From positions 4,340,001 through 4,404,000 of the forward strand of contig CP158636.1 in assembly GCA_050273025.1 (NCBI GenBank): a stretch of DNA of 64,000 bases, read 5' to 3'. Under the pieces are notes generated by a model, which had not been told where the DNA came from, did no database searches, and was given only the letters and a program-made list of their open reading frames with translations. The DNA is from Cenococcum geophilum (taxonomy: Eukaryota). Shown here piece by piece: positions 26,688 through 41,152 of this stretch. Both the position numbers and the translations under genes were made by a program. Position 1 is the stretch's first letter. Each line of letters opens with the position of its first letter.

Positions 26688-26873
26688 TTCTGCCAAATTC
26701 TACTAAGCTATAGACTTCTACCAAATTCTACTTAGTTATGGACTTCTGCTAAATTCTACTAAGCTATAGACTTTTGCCAAATTCTACTAAGCTATAAACT
26801 TCTACCAAATTCTGCTAAGCTATGGGATTCTGCAAAATTCTACTAGGCTATAAAATTTTGCTAAATTCTGCTA
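26688..26873. repeat. 28-bp tandem repeat (TTCTGCCAAATTCTACTAAGCTATAGAC), 6-7 copies, in the Copia 3 3' UTR
   Basis: Directly visible. Confidence 0.85.
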
Positions 26874-29569
26874 GAACCGTAATAGCGTATAGTATGTACC
26901 TGTTAACTATTGCCATTATAATATATATCTTACTCCTACTCCCTTTTAACTTAACCTTTAACTTATATATATAGAGTGTTTATATTAATAAATGTCTCTA
27001 GAGCCTTATTTAGGTTTACCTTTATTATTGCATTTGCTAGATTATCTTGGCCGTTAATCTATTGAATTTTAAAGAGTTCTTGCCGTTTATAGGACTGCTA
27101 AAGTGCTATAATATTAATTATAAGGCGCTTCTCCTTTATAGTACTAAGCTTAACTAAACACTTATAGAGGGAGTATAAGTCGGTGTATACGATTATAGGG
27201 ATAACGGGGATTTTAAGTTAATCTGTAATTATCTTTAGGATAGTTCCAATTGCAATTACTATATTAACTCCGCTAATTATTTTATATATCTCTAACGCTA
27301 GAACGCTTTAAGTAATATATTTACTTTTAGTTAAGCTCTAATAGATAAGGTTGCCGTAGATTATAAAGTTATTCTCTCTAGTAGATTTATTTGTAATAAT
27401 AATCTTATATCTTAGTTAGGAGCTAAAATCTTTATTATTTATAAACGATCTATTAATAAATATAAAGAGCTTAGTGGTAGGAAGATTAATAGGTATATAG
27501 AGTAGTCCCCAATCTAGATGGTTTATTTACTAAAAAAGACGTTTATTTAAGGCAAGAACGTTATTCCTAGTTAGTTCCTAGTGTTAAGCGGCAATAAAGA
27601 GATTAAATAAAGCCTTAAATTAATAGATAGAAGTAATATAAGCTTTATAAGCGCGTTACTCTATATATCTTTACTTTAGAGAATTAATGTTAATAACGTT
27701 AATCTTCTTACCTTAACCCTTCTAGCGCAAAGCAATAAAATCCTTATTTAGGGAGAGGATGCATCTATTAAAAAGTAATAGTATTATTAAATTAAGCTTT
27801 TCCTTTAGCTTTGCTATAAGATTTGCCTTTACTAGCTTATCTTCTTTAAGAGCTAAGAATTAGTTATCTTCTAAGATAATTATATTATTAGTTTATATAC
27901 CGATAATTCCAAATAGGGTTCCCGTAGTTATAATAAGGAAGTAGGGGTTAAATATAAAAGTAGTCATTAAAAGCTTTTTTTTTGTGGTGCTTGCTATAGG
28001 TAGCCTATTAATAAGTTCCTACCTCTACAATTTTATATAATAGCTTAAGTATAACTATAATCGTATTTTTAGGATATTGGTGGCGAATTTGCTCTAGAAG
28101 GTATGCTAATATTAAGCGCTAAAAGTGCGTCTCTAATTGGGTGTAGGCTTAAATAATATCTTATAAATAAACCGCTATTCTATTTTTTATTAAGGAGGGA
28201 GCTAGCGTAATAATAACTTATTAACTAGCTCGTTAAATTATAGGGGATTATATAAAAATTACCTCATTGCTATTATTATTGTAACTTTAGATAATAAGCC
28301 TTAATTTCTTAAATAGGGCGTTAGTAGCTTTGCCCTTAATCTTGTTAATTATTCTTAATTTAAAGATATAAACTTTATTAAACTTAGTAAGGTTATACTT
28401 CTTAAATTTAAAGACTCCTTTTATAATAAGACTATTAATCTCTTGCTTATTAGATGCTTAGAAAGGAGCTTTAGGGGTTATAATACGATCTTCCTATTAG
28501 AGCTGTTTTGTAAGCTTAAAGTTAGTCTTCTCCTTGGCTGTTATAAAGGCCATTAATAACTTAACTCTATTCTTAATGGCGGCAATAAATTACTCTTTAA
28601 AATTAATAAGATATTAGCGATTTTATAATCCCTTTAGGCGACCTCTGCCGCGTTATAGTTGCGGAACCTCTACTATAATTATATTAGAATTATAGTCGCC
28701 TTCTAGAGCACGTTAATTGTGGTTCTCTTTTAAGGCATTCTATAAAGGCTTAAAACTATTATTTTTATAGTAAGGCTTAATAACGGTTAAATAGAATTAA
28801 GTAGGTCTATAAGGTATCTAAATAGTATAAGTTTAACTATTAATTATAATAAGTTAATGTAGCCCTAACTACTCTCCCTTTTTATGCTATACGCGTACCT
28901 TAGACTAGAGTGGTAGATTAAGCGTAGTTAAGGTATTTAGGCTATTTTTTATTTCTAGTGTGTTGTTAACCTAACGTATAGCGTAGAGATATTATACCTC
29001 CTTTATTGCCTTATAGATAGCCTTAGCTTGTTATATAACGGAAGAAGATAATAGAGAATTATTAGTTATTTAAGGGTAGGCGCTAAAGACTAGTAATATA
29101 GGTATAAGTCTATCTAGGCTAGCAGAATTGTTAACGGCTTTAATAGCTATTTATAAGGTAAGTTTTTTACTAGCGTCCTCTAGTTCTAAAGAGATAATCT
29201 TATATACGTGGCGTAATAGCGTATAATATCGCTCTACTTTTTTAATACTATTATATACCTTAATAGGGACTTCCTTAACCTTAATTACCATTACCTTTAT
29301 CTGTTGTTAAAACTCTACGGATAAGAAGTTCTTTTTTTACATTATAGATGATTTAATTAGGGGGTCCTAGGTAGATATTAATCTAGTATAATTAAAGGGT
29401 ATCCTATGCGGCTTAAAAGGAGGTTAAGAAGTTAATAACTTAGAGTACTGGCTTACCGCTAAGATATATAACGTTGACAATAATATAGAAGTTAAAGTTG
29501 TAGTTATTTTTAAGGGTAAACTTAAATCGGCCAGGAGACTTCTAGTTTATTTAGTAGTAATAGTAGTAC

Positions 29570-32500
29570 TGTTCGTACTAACTTAATAGCACGAGTGAGT
29601 CAGATCCAGGGGCACGAAATACGTGTAGTATTGTATGCTCGTTTAGATAATGGTAACTGTCGATTGTATAAAGCAGACTACGTGGTCTATATACTAATGC
29701 ACCTCCCCCTAATTAGTTAGTGCTTTATAAGTGCACTAGACGCGTAAGCGAGTGGTTAGTGCACTAAACGCGTAAACGCGTACCTGGTGTACCAAACGCG
29801 TAAGCACGTGGTTGGTACAATAGGTGCTATAATTATATACTAGCGGTACTTGAAAAATAAAACCACCTATATACAGCCTCCGTAATTGCTTTAATAAAAC
29901 CATAAAACACAAAGGAAAATATATAGGAAATCTCCCTTAAGATGCCATCTAGGCTGCCTTCCAAACGGTGCCCTAAGCTAGCCGTAAGTTCTGCTTACGG
30001 TCCGTAAAATAAACCGTACGGCCTTTTAATGGGCAGTAGACGAGCTATAAGTTAGATCTTAAGGGCCGCTAAGGCGCTAGTGCTAAGCGAGCTAATGGCG
30101 ATTTTCCGTGCCCGGCATGGAAAATTGTAATTGGTTAATTTGACTACCGTGGTAGAATATAGCAGAATTTAGTAGGTCACGTAAGTCCACTAAGTTCTAT
30201 CGTAGCTTTTTACCGTTTTTTACCTAATAGCTTACGGTCCGTAGAATAGGCCGTATAATAAGCCGTACGGCCTTCTAATAGGCCGTAGGCGTACTGTAGG
30301 TACTCCGTTAGTCCTGTTTTACCTATTTTATAACTTTTAGGTTAAGCTTATTTGTGTTAATTAGGGTTTTAAGGGCTTAATACAGCTTTGCCTTAGTTAT
30401 GGCGTCTACTAGGTTATTTCCGCCGCTAATTCATTTAACCTCCGTAATTTCGCGTTGTTCGTAGGCCTAACGTAAGCACATTAGGTTAACTATAAGCCTC
30501 TTCTCTTGTGTTGTACCTAGTTTAACTAGGTAGTTATAAAGGGACTTTAAATTAGTGTATAAAATTAGGGGTAACTACTCTAGTTATAGAATCTTCTAGA
30601 CTGTTAATTTAATTACGGCTGCTATATTAAATCTATAAGCTAGTATATATAGTTTAGAAGCTAGTATACTACGGGTTACTTATTTACACTTAATTAAAGA
30701 CTAGTGCAGTATATTTGCGTCCTAATTATGGTCCGTAAGTATAATTATAAAGCCAATTTGTGATAATAGGTCTTTATTATTAGCAAAGGAGGCGTCCGTA
30801 AATGCTAGTAGGCTAAGGGAATTTAGGTCTAGTGGTATAAAAGTAAGTCCCCTTGCTATATTATCAATTTGCTACTAAATGCGCTTATTAAGCTATTTAA
30901 TATTTTCTTCTTACGGATCTACTGCCTGGGCCGTAAAGGATAAATTGTAGGTAGATTTAGGCTAATAGACTGTGGTAATATAGGCGCCTCTTATACGCTA
31001 TATAACGTATTAGTCCTTTATATTTATGGTCTTGCGGGTCTCTCTGTAGGAGCTAGTAAGGTTTATAGGCTTTACTATAACAGGCTTTAGGTTTTAAGCT
31101 TGGCGTTCCTAAGTTAGCTTAATTAAGTTGCCCTTTTATATAATTAGGCCTCTATTAAACTTAATTAGATTTTACTTAGTTAACTACTCTTACGGCTTTA
31201 CTAAGAACTTAGCCTTTTATAGTTTAGTTTCTTTAGCGTCTGTAAAGGTTTAGTCTACTAGGAATAGGGTATTATTTATTTAGAGTCTAACAATACTAAG
31301 GCCGTTTAATGGGCTATATAGGAGGTAGGGGTTATAGGTTGACTATTCTATTTTAAGTTTACTAATGTGGTGCTAGTGGTATATCTTAAACTAATAGTTT
31401 TTAGCTTCTGGTACTCTATAAAGAGATTTTATAACCTATAAAATTGTTCCTAGTTATAGGTTAAGCTTAAGGGGTAGCCGTATAAAGATGTCCCTACTTA
31501 GGTAGGTATTAGACTGCATATAGGCTTATGAGATATCCCGTAAGTATAGGGCTACGGGCTTAGTTTACTGTAGTCTAGGTATAAGCGCAAGTATAATCTA
31601 TTAACTAACTTATTAAATTATAGGCAATTGCGTAAGGACTAGGTCTTTTCCTTAGTCATTATAAGCTTATATAACGAGCCTTAATTTCTTAAAGGCTTTA
31701 TTAGTACCTAGGTGCTCAATCTCGTTAATAAAGTATAAGTTAAATATACGGACGCCTTGCGGAACGTCTCTCTCCATTATAACTGCAAAGATACCCTTTT
31801 TAAGTAGTCCGTTAATCCCTTTACGTTATAAGTCCGTAAATAGGGTTTCCTATACTAGAACTAATATATCTATAGGTGGAGATTGCCTTACGGATATTCC
31901 TGCGGAGGTTAGGTAATTCTTTATTACGGAGTTCTTAGTTATAGGGTGCTTTTAGAGGCATCCTTAACTACGCTTTATAGTAGGTTTAGTAGGTTTAGTA
32001 GGTTTCTAGGGGACTTTTAGGGTAGGTAAGGGTGCTTCTAGTTTATCTAATTTGGTAGTTGCTCCTAGTTTATCTAGTTTGGCGGTTACTTTTAGTTTAT
32101 CTAGCTTAACGTTATAGGTGTTTTTAGGCCAAAAGTAGGGTTTTATAGACGTGCTTTTAAAGCTAGTTAGCCCGCTAGGAAGCTATACGCAGCACGTCTC
32201 GTTTTCTATAGCTAGTAGACGATAAGGTCTAGTCTAGTTACCGCTTTTACGCTATATAAGGACTTTAGAATTAAGCGGGAGGTTATAAACTAAGGTTATA
32301 TTAGGTCTGTTACGGTAATATACGGCGCTATTAACAGCTTATTTAGCCCGTAATTTGACTATTTCGGCTATTGCCTTCTATATTGCAGCTGCTCGTTCCG
32401 TAATAGACGGGGCAGGAGGGCCTAGGTTGCTTATCCTTAGGTAGGCTCTATAGACTAAAAGGGTAGGTACTAGTCCGTTAGGGCTAGCGGTGTTATTAAC

Positions 32501-35500
32501 GGCTTTTACGGCTATCTATAGAGCCAGTTCCTTTTAGATATCCTTATATTCGTCTATAATAATCTAGTAAGCTCTCAGTAAGGCTAGGTAAGCTCGCTTA
32601 ATAAGCCTAATAGACTAATACGCCTTAACTAGAACAGCTTTTATTAATATAGCTATAGCCGTAGCATACTGCTAGAATTCCTTATTAATAAAGTTCCTAC
32701 CGGCGTCGTGGGTAATATACTCAGGAGGTCCAATATATATGTTAATCTAGCAGGTCCGTAAAATATCCTAAGTATACTTTACGGATATATTTTGCAACTA
32801 ACGGGCGGCTTAGTAGTGGGTTGCCTTATTAATTATATATAGTACTAGGCTGCTGTTAATATATATAATGTCTATGTACACTAAATAGTTGAAATTAAGG
32901 TCCTTATAAAGGGTGAATTTAAATCAGCCTAGGGAACGCCCGTATTTCTAGTAGAAGGAGCAGTATTTAGTTAGGTAGTTAACTGCCTTCCTATTAACGT
33001 TATTATGTCTAGAGCGTTCAAGGACTCTATACAGCTTTTCGGCTAACAGGTAGCTAAAACGGCGGTGTAGGCGGTGGATTTCCGTACTGGTAAGGTAGCA
33101 CGGGTTATAGTTAAAAGATTCCTAAATGTAGGTCCGTAAAGTCTCTCCCTATCTAAGGAACGGGTGTTTAAATCGTCGTATAATTAGTAAGGTAATATAC
33201 TTGCTTCCTAGGGTAGTTATAAGGCCAATTAGGGTGTCCGTAACATTGTTATAGTATACCTATAACCTATCCATGTCTATAAGAGAGAGTAGGAAGGGGG
33301 TATCTGCTTTTACTACGTGGAAGTTAACTAGGCTAATTAGAGTCTTAACTTTAACTAATCTAATTAATGCGGTTAAGCCGATGCCGAATTAGACGTTTAC
33401 GGCCCCAGTTTACGTAATATTAATGTCCGTATTATCGTTTATAGTAGTCCTATATGCAAGGTATTATCCGTAGCCCGCGGTAGACTTCTTTAAGGCACCT
33501 ATATCAATTATAACACTATAGAATTCTTTAGAGGTATAGCGTTCTATAGTAATATATGCAAATAGGTCCTATTTATAGTCCGTAACGTCCGTAATAGGTC
33601 TAGCGGGTATACTTACAGATTAGTTTTCGGGTGCAATTAAGTGTATAAATAAGCGGTCGGCTAATACGGTTATAATATTAAAGGCTTAACTGTCCGTAAA
33701 AGGTCTAAAAGTAGTTAGGAACGTCTTTAAGGTCTTCTATTCCTAGTCGTCTAGGTTAAAGTCAATTATAAGGGCTTCTATTAACTTATTAGGGGGTTCC
33801 TCTTTTTCCTCTCCTTCGTATTCTATGATAAACTGGCTAATCCGTTTATCAAATCTCTTCTTAGACCTATTACGTTCTTCCTAGGTATACCTTATAGACC
33901 AATATCCTTCCTTGCCACATACAAAGCATTTCTAGCTTATTCGTTTATAGGGGTATACTTTTATACGGGAGTTGCTATGGGGGTTATAAGTGGGACTTAG
34001 TCGGTACGGGTGCTGCTAGTAGTAATAGCAGTCCGTAAAATAGACGTCTAAGTCTATTTACGAATATTAAATATCCGTAGTAAAGGCTTAAGTACTGCCT
34101 AGCGGGTTTAAGATTTTATACGTTATAATAGAGGAGCGTAGATTATTAATAAGGCCAGCTAAGGTATCTGTAGGCTTATAGTAGGTATACTTGCAGGGCT
34201 CTACTTCCTAGCAAGCCGTAATAAGTTTGTTATGCAAAAAGTCGTCTATTTGAAGCTTAGTGTTAAGGCCGTGCTATAGGTGCTGGAGGTCTTTAATAAG
34301 GATTTACAGACACTCTATAGTCGATTTTTGGGTATTCTTGTTAATTACGGTCCGTAGCTTGGTCGCATTCTATTAGGTAAGGATATTACGCTTATATTCC
34401 GGTCCTTTAAAGTAGTTACGTATAGCTTCGCATAGCTTATTAAAGGGAACACTAAGGGGGTTACTCTTAAGGTTGGTATAGTAGTGGTTAAGTGCTAGGC
34501 CGCGCAGTATAGTAGAGTAGGCTTAGCTAAACTCCTGTTTAGGGATATCAGCCTTCTAACAAAGGTCTGTAAAGATGGTTAGTTTAAAGTTAAAATTATC
34601 ATTTTCACCGCTGTATTTAGACTCGTCGGTGTAAAGCTTGGCTAGGTTAGCTAGCTCCTTACTATAGGTCTTTACTTAGGTAGGTTGCGGATCTATAACT
34701 TATAGATCTGTGGCTTATGGATATATAGCTTACGGATATATAGCTTGCGGATCTATGACTTAAATAATAGGGGTAATTTGGTCCGTATTTTGGTTTACGG
34801 GGGTATTGCGGTCTATAACTTAAGTACTAGGTATACTTTGGCCCGTAAGATTAATTCCAAAACTGCTTAGGTTTATAGGATAAATTTAGTTAAGTAGGTT
34901 AGGTATAAGGCCAGTAATTATATTAAGTTTAGAAGAAGTAAGAGTTCCTTAGTTTCTTGGAACTAGACTAGGATTTCCTCTTTAGTCCATTCCGTTTGGT
35001 CCTTCTTATATATTGTATTGTACAAGGACTATATAACAGTAACTCATTTATTCCTTTTAACCTATACACCTTAGTTATATAAGAGGGTCCGTAGGTTACG
35101 GATAGTAGTAGGGTTATATATTTTAAAGATAGCTTCCATAAAGTCCGCGAAGTCTTCCTAGTATTGCTCCTATAGGTCAACGTTTATAAGCTTAAAATAT
35201 TCATATTTAAGAACTTTAAATTTAATATAGTTGTTGACGTTAGGTATGGACGTGAGGTCGGCTCTCTACCTCCACTTTTTTTGACCTTTATCGACTTGCT
35301 TGCTAATGTCTGCCATACTATATATATAGTATAGTACATAGTAGGTGGAAGAGGTCTTATAGTGGTCCGTAAAATCGGTTAATAGGTCTATAGCGGTTTA
35401 TAGAAGGGTAAGGGTCTTTATAAGGGGTCTAAAAGAGGTTAGAGGTATTAGGGAAGGTGTAGTAAGAATAGGGGTTTAAGGTTTAAAGGAGGTTAAGGGT

Positions 35501-35985
35501 AAGGGTTCCGTACAGGTCTATATTCGCGTCTATTATACTTCCGGTAAACCGTACTAAGACTTAAATAAGTATATAGAGTTGGAGATAAGTCCGTAATCCC
35601 CGACTTCCAACCTTCTAGTAGGTCGTACTAGGAGTCTAAACGGGTGGTCGCTGTTAAGTATCGCTTAGGGGGAGGTGTCAAGTAATTGCTAATCTGTGCG
35701 CGCTTACTAATCAGTATTTGTACTAACTTAATAGCACAAGTAAGTTAGATCCAGGGGCACGAAATACATATAGTATTATATACTCGTTTAGATAATAGTA
35801 ACTATCAATTATATAAAGTAGACTACGTAGTCTATATACTAATACACCTCCCCCCTAATTAGTTAGTGCTTTATAAGTGCACCAGACGCGTAAGCGAGTG
35901 GTTAGTGTACTAAACGCGTAAACGCGTACCTGGTGTACCGAACGCGTAAGCACGCGGTTAGTACAACAGGTGCTATAATTATACA
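29570..35985 (-). mobile_element. Full-length Ty1/Copia element 2 (QTDD-type) nested in the Copia 3 integrase
   Basis: ~270-bp LTRs at 29570-29839 and 35715-35985, TSD AGTAC. Minus-strand motifs parallel Copia 1. Confidence 0.96.
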
Positions 35986-38900
35986 AGTACTTTATAAGAT
36001 GTTTAATTGCCTTAATTTTAACCTTATGGCCTACTCGCTAAAGAACCCTAAATAATTGGTGAACTAATAGGTAACTAAAACGGCGGTATAGTTGGCGTAA
36101 CTCTGACTTAGTTAACTGGCTTTAAATAACGCTCTTTTCTAGTTATTAAAGGAGCAACTAAGGGTGACCCTACTTACGTATAATAGGCACCTAACTATTT
36201 CCCTATATAAGTATATTCTTAAAATTATTAAGCTTAACGCCTAATTTATTTATATCCCTAATGCAGAATAGGAACGGGGTATTTGCGGGAATAATATAAA
36301 AAGTAATATATCCTAAGGGGTTTAGACCCTAATTGTGCTAAGAGAGATTATAGTACCTTTACTAAAACGAATTGTATATTAGCTTACCGTTAATTAGTTA
36401 ATCTAAATAGAGCTATTAAGCTGCTAGAGAGCTTAAACTTAAGGTTTTCCTACTATAGATATTTCTGCGGCTCCTGTATCTGGCATAATACTATAAAAGA
36501 TATTTACTAAGTATTTGTTATTAAAGGAGAACGCAAAGGTCTCCTTTAGCTTATTAAAGATATCTAACTTTATAATAGAATGGAGCGTAGATTAGTTATT
36601 AAGAATAGTGACGGTTTATATACTATCTACCTTACCATACTTAGTAAAGTATTAGTTAGGTAAGTAGTCCTTAATTTCTATATCTATAAAGAGCTATTCG
36701 GCCTTATTAACATTACCCTTAAGATCTTTTACGCCTTTATATTAAACTAGGAAGCTTTAAAAGTAGGCCGTAATAACCTTATAATATTTCTTATACTTTG
36801 GCGAAACTTATTATATGCCTCCTTTTATTTATTAAGAGAATGCCTAGTTAATTAGCAATTCGGTTTCTTACAAACGTAGCACTTTTTTTTAGTAATTACT
36901 TCGAAATAAACCTCTATAAGGACCTCCACGATTGCCTTATAGTTAACGTTAATTATACCCTTTACTATATTCCCTACTACAGCTACTATATATTTAGTTA
37001 GTCTAGTTATAATTATGTTAGTTAGGAATACTTAGTTAGGTAGGGTTTTCGGTATAGAACTATTAAGATTCTTATATTTGTATTACAGTACCTATAGCGG
37101 AGCGTAGCTTAGTATATACTCCTTTAAACGTATCTATAGGTTTATATAGCGCTAAATTATACTTAGGAACGCTATAGTAGGCTAAAATAACCTAGTCCCT
37201 TAAACTGTTCTTATTTTAGTAAGTTTTAGTAAGGCTATATTAGATTTTCTAGAGTTTATTAAGGAGTAGTTAAAGGCACTCTAAATAAGTCTTTATTGGG
37301 TTAAAAGCAATAACTCTTTAAAATATAGTCTCCCGCCATTTAGATATATAAAGTTAGTAGTTTTTATTAGTCTTAAAGTACGCTCTAATAAGTTAAAGCA
37401 TTATATTAAAGTGATAGTTTTTATCTATAATATAGTCGTAATAGAATATTGCCGCTTATCTCTTTAATATAATAGAGAAAGCGTAATAGTACTAGTGGCA
37501 TTAAATTCTAACCTTGTTATAATAGTTATAAAAGACCTATAGTTTTACTCCGAGTATATCGTATAGTTCTCCTCTAAATTTTTTCTCTTCGTCTAAATAT
37601 ACCTTTATTAGATTTATAACTTCTTATAGTAGAGACTTACCGGTTAGTTAGGATAGAGGAGGTAGAGGCGGCGGAGAAGGTAAAGAAAGAGCACCTTTAG
37701 GTAGGAGGGCACCTTTAGGTGGGAGGGTAGCGTTCTAGGGGTTTAGATATGAATTAAAATTGCCTTCTAAAGAATATAGGTTAGTTTTAAATTTCTATAG
37801 TTAATGTATAATCTTAGCTTCCGTCTATACTGGTTTTTCTATACTAATAATAACGGCCTAAATATTGCTAGCAATTGGGTTACCGTTCTTAGTAATATAT
37901 ACCCTATTCCTACGGAGGAAGTCTTAAAAATCCTAAATAATATTAACATTTTTAAGTGCCTAAGTGTCGGCGGTCCATTTTGCGAAATCCTCCCTAAAAT
38001 ACTCCCATAGTTATAAATTGGCGTAGTATTTATTTTAGTAGAATATAATATAGTGTAGAAGAAAGCCGTTAACTTGTTTTACGGTATAAGTTGTTATATT
38101 AAAGGCGAATTCGTCCCAATTTTTATTAATAAGTTTCATATATTTAGCTACCTTTAGTAGTAAGAAGTCTTTCTAGTTATTTAGAGTGACTATAGCTATA
38201 TTTTCGGCTTGTAGTTATATTATTAGGTGTCGTAATAGAGATTATAGAGGTGTTGTTAGTATAGGGATTGTCATTTAGTACGCGTTTATGACGAGAATCT
38301 ATAATTATAGGGCTTAGGACTAGTTCTAGCCTTAAATCGCAAAGACTTATAAAGCGTGTTGTTCTATATAATAGACGTAAGAATCTATAATCTTAGAAAG
38401 GCTTAGGACCAGTTCTAGCCTTTTAGATCCTTAAATTTGTAGAAGAGTTTTATTTAAAGTTTAGGACCAGTTCTAACCTTAAAAGACAGCTTTCTCTAGC
38501 ACAAGTAGCACTAGTATAGTGGCTCGTCTCTTTTTAGTGGAATACCTAGCTATTCTATGGTATAATAGTAAAGTTAACTACTAATTAGTGTTAGTTATAT
38601 AAGGTAATATTACGTATCTACAAGTTATAGGTAGTATAATAATTATTAGTTAATATGTTTGTTGGTGGAATAAGGAAGGGTAAGGAGCTTAAGACTCCTC
38701 GCCACGCTAGTGCCGCGGCGATACGTGACAACCGCTTGCCTTATTCCCGATACTATCCTTAATATAACCTAGTATATTAAATCTCTAGTTTAGTTTCTAT
38801 TCTTATTATATAAGGATTCTCTATCTATATTTCTCTATAGTTTCTTTTATTTTTTACCTTATAAGTAAATCCTTAAAGTCTTCTTACTTCTTAATCCTAG

Positions 38901-40906
38901 TGTTGATTTTCTTAATAGTCCTTATTTATATATTAAAATCTTAGTTCTATAGAATTTTTAATCCTAAACTTACTTTTTTCTTAAGCTTAGCTCTAGCCTT
39001 AGTCTAACTAGGCTTTTATAGTATTCTTCTCTTATCTTAAAAATCTTATACCTTTAGGAAACTTCGTCCTAAGCTTATTTATATATTACTAAACTAAGCC
39101 GTTACTCTACTATATTAGTTATCGTCCGTTACAAGTCCTTAAGCATATCTTATTTCTTTTTAAGAATTTTAAGCATCTTTTATCTCTTCTTAAAAATCTT
39201 AAGCCTATAGCCTTTTATCTTTATTAAGTGGTAAGCTAGTACTAGTAGTTATCTACTTACTTAATCCTTTTTTTTTAATAAATATTTCTCCTTCTGTCTT
39301 ATAAAGCGATGGATACTATATTTAATAGTATTATAATTTCTATTACTAACTTTTACTCTATAGTGGTTTTAGTCTTTATTTCTAATATAACATCTTTAAG
39401 GTTTATAAACTCTTAGTAAGCTACCTTTATTACCTTATTATTACTAAATATTTCGCCTATATTAAATTTATCGTCCTTAATATCCAATCTACGTAATAGT
39501 TTATTAGTTCCTCTAAACTTTAATAATTTTAGCTTTTATAGCTAATAGCTTATACTATACTTAGCGTCCTTATAAATTTAGTATACGTTATTATAATAAA
39601 ACGTAAAACTCTTAATTAAAAACTTTTTTATTCCTTATAGTATATTATTATCCCTCTATATATATATATTATCTACTAGTCTTATTTCTTTTGCTATATA
39701 GTATCCCTAATAACTTTTATTGTCTTTAATAAAATAACTTTATTTTCTATAATTTATATAAGCTCCTTTTTTTATTTTTATTTTAATTATAGAGTCTGCC
39801 TAAAAGTCTTTTACTGCTAAAATCCCTAGTTTTGCCTCTACTCCTTAAACCTTTAATTACTTAATCCTTATTCTTTAGGTTTCTATAGTTTCTTATTTTA
39901 TTTTCTATTTTCTTTAGTACTACTTAAGTCTATTAGCTCTGCGCTATACTATAATTTCTAATTTTAACTCTATTATTATATGCCTTATGCCTTATATAAC
40001 TATAGAACTCAATTTTAACCCTTCTTAGTCTACTCTATTTAGTAGATCCTATTATTAATCTTAATTACTTAATTAATTAATTCCCTAAGAGTATCCGTAT
40101 TTTTTATTAAGATAATTATATTCTAAACTTTTACTTTAAGTCCCTACTTATACTATACTATAAGTGCCTTATTATTCTATTTAACTTATATAGCTAATAT
40201 TTAAAACTATGTTATATACTTAATTACTAAAGTCTATTATATTAAGTTTTAAAGCTTTTATTTTACTATAGTAGTTACTTTTAAGGCTTTAAATATTTAT
40301 ATTAGGTATTCCGCAAATCTATTTTAACTAGTAAATATATATTATACTTCTTAGCTAGTAGTTACTCTATTACTTTTCTATACCTCTATAAGGTAAGGTT
40401 TAAACTACTTAAATACCCTTTTTAATAGAAATAGTCCTATATAGGCTGTTTAATCTATAGGTATTACTAGCTTCGCTCCTTTTTATATAACCTTAAAATA
40501 TATTTATATAAGAAATCCCTTAAGTTTTAACTTCTTACCTAAAAATCGCTTAATAAATAGTAGCTTAATCTTTACTATTCCAATCCTATTAATACTTTCT
40601 TTAAATATCCTATTATTATCTATTAATTAATTAACTATTACTTATAGTTATCCAACTATAACTAGCTAAGATGTAACCGACTACCGACACTGCGTTAAGA
40701 CACAAGATCACCGCTTGGAAGGCTCCGAGATGGCGTTAACGCCACCCAATATAGTGGTTGCAGATCAATATTGGTGGCAGATTACCGTTCCCATTTCAGC
40801 TATCTATTACCCCATTACTTCTACCTTCTTCGTGTATATATAGAGCCTCTAGAGCTACATTCACAATTAAGTCGTTTATTTAATTCTTCGCACTGCAAAG
40901 CTTACA

Positions 40907-40917
40907 GTTATGAGCCC
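40907..40917 (+). promoter_or_regulatory. Primer-binding site complementary to the initiator tRNA-Met anticodon arm (half-tRNA priming type)
   Basis: GTTATGAGCCC directly after the 5' LTR is complementary to GGGCUCAUAAC. Confidence 0.8.
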
Positions 40918-41152
40918 GGATCGCACCACCTGCTGACCAATTAACCTACTACCTTATTTAAGAAGTCACTACTTCTACCTTTGTAGTGTCTCGAGCTTCT
41001 TTACCTATTAAACGAACGGACGATCGACCCCAGTTGACGTACGTACCCGACTGACGAACGAACTGACGAATCAAATTAAAAGTTCGAAACGTTAAAATAA
41101 GGTTTTTGCCAAGACGCCAATTGGACCCTGCCTGACCTGTCAAATCCTAAAA

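Larger units (their letters stand above)
26353..38752 (-). mobile_element. Ty1/Copia element 3 (QTDD-type), interrupted by Copia element 2
   Basis: 164-bp LTRs at 26353-26516 and 38589-38752, TSD CTATC. The empty site is seen in Gypsy B copy 3 near 56710. Minus-strand gag-PR-IN-RT-RH remnants. Confidence 0.94.
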
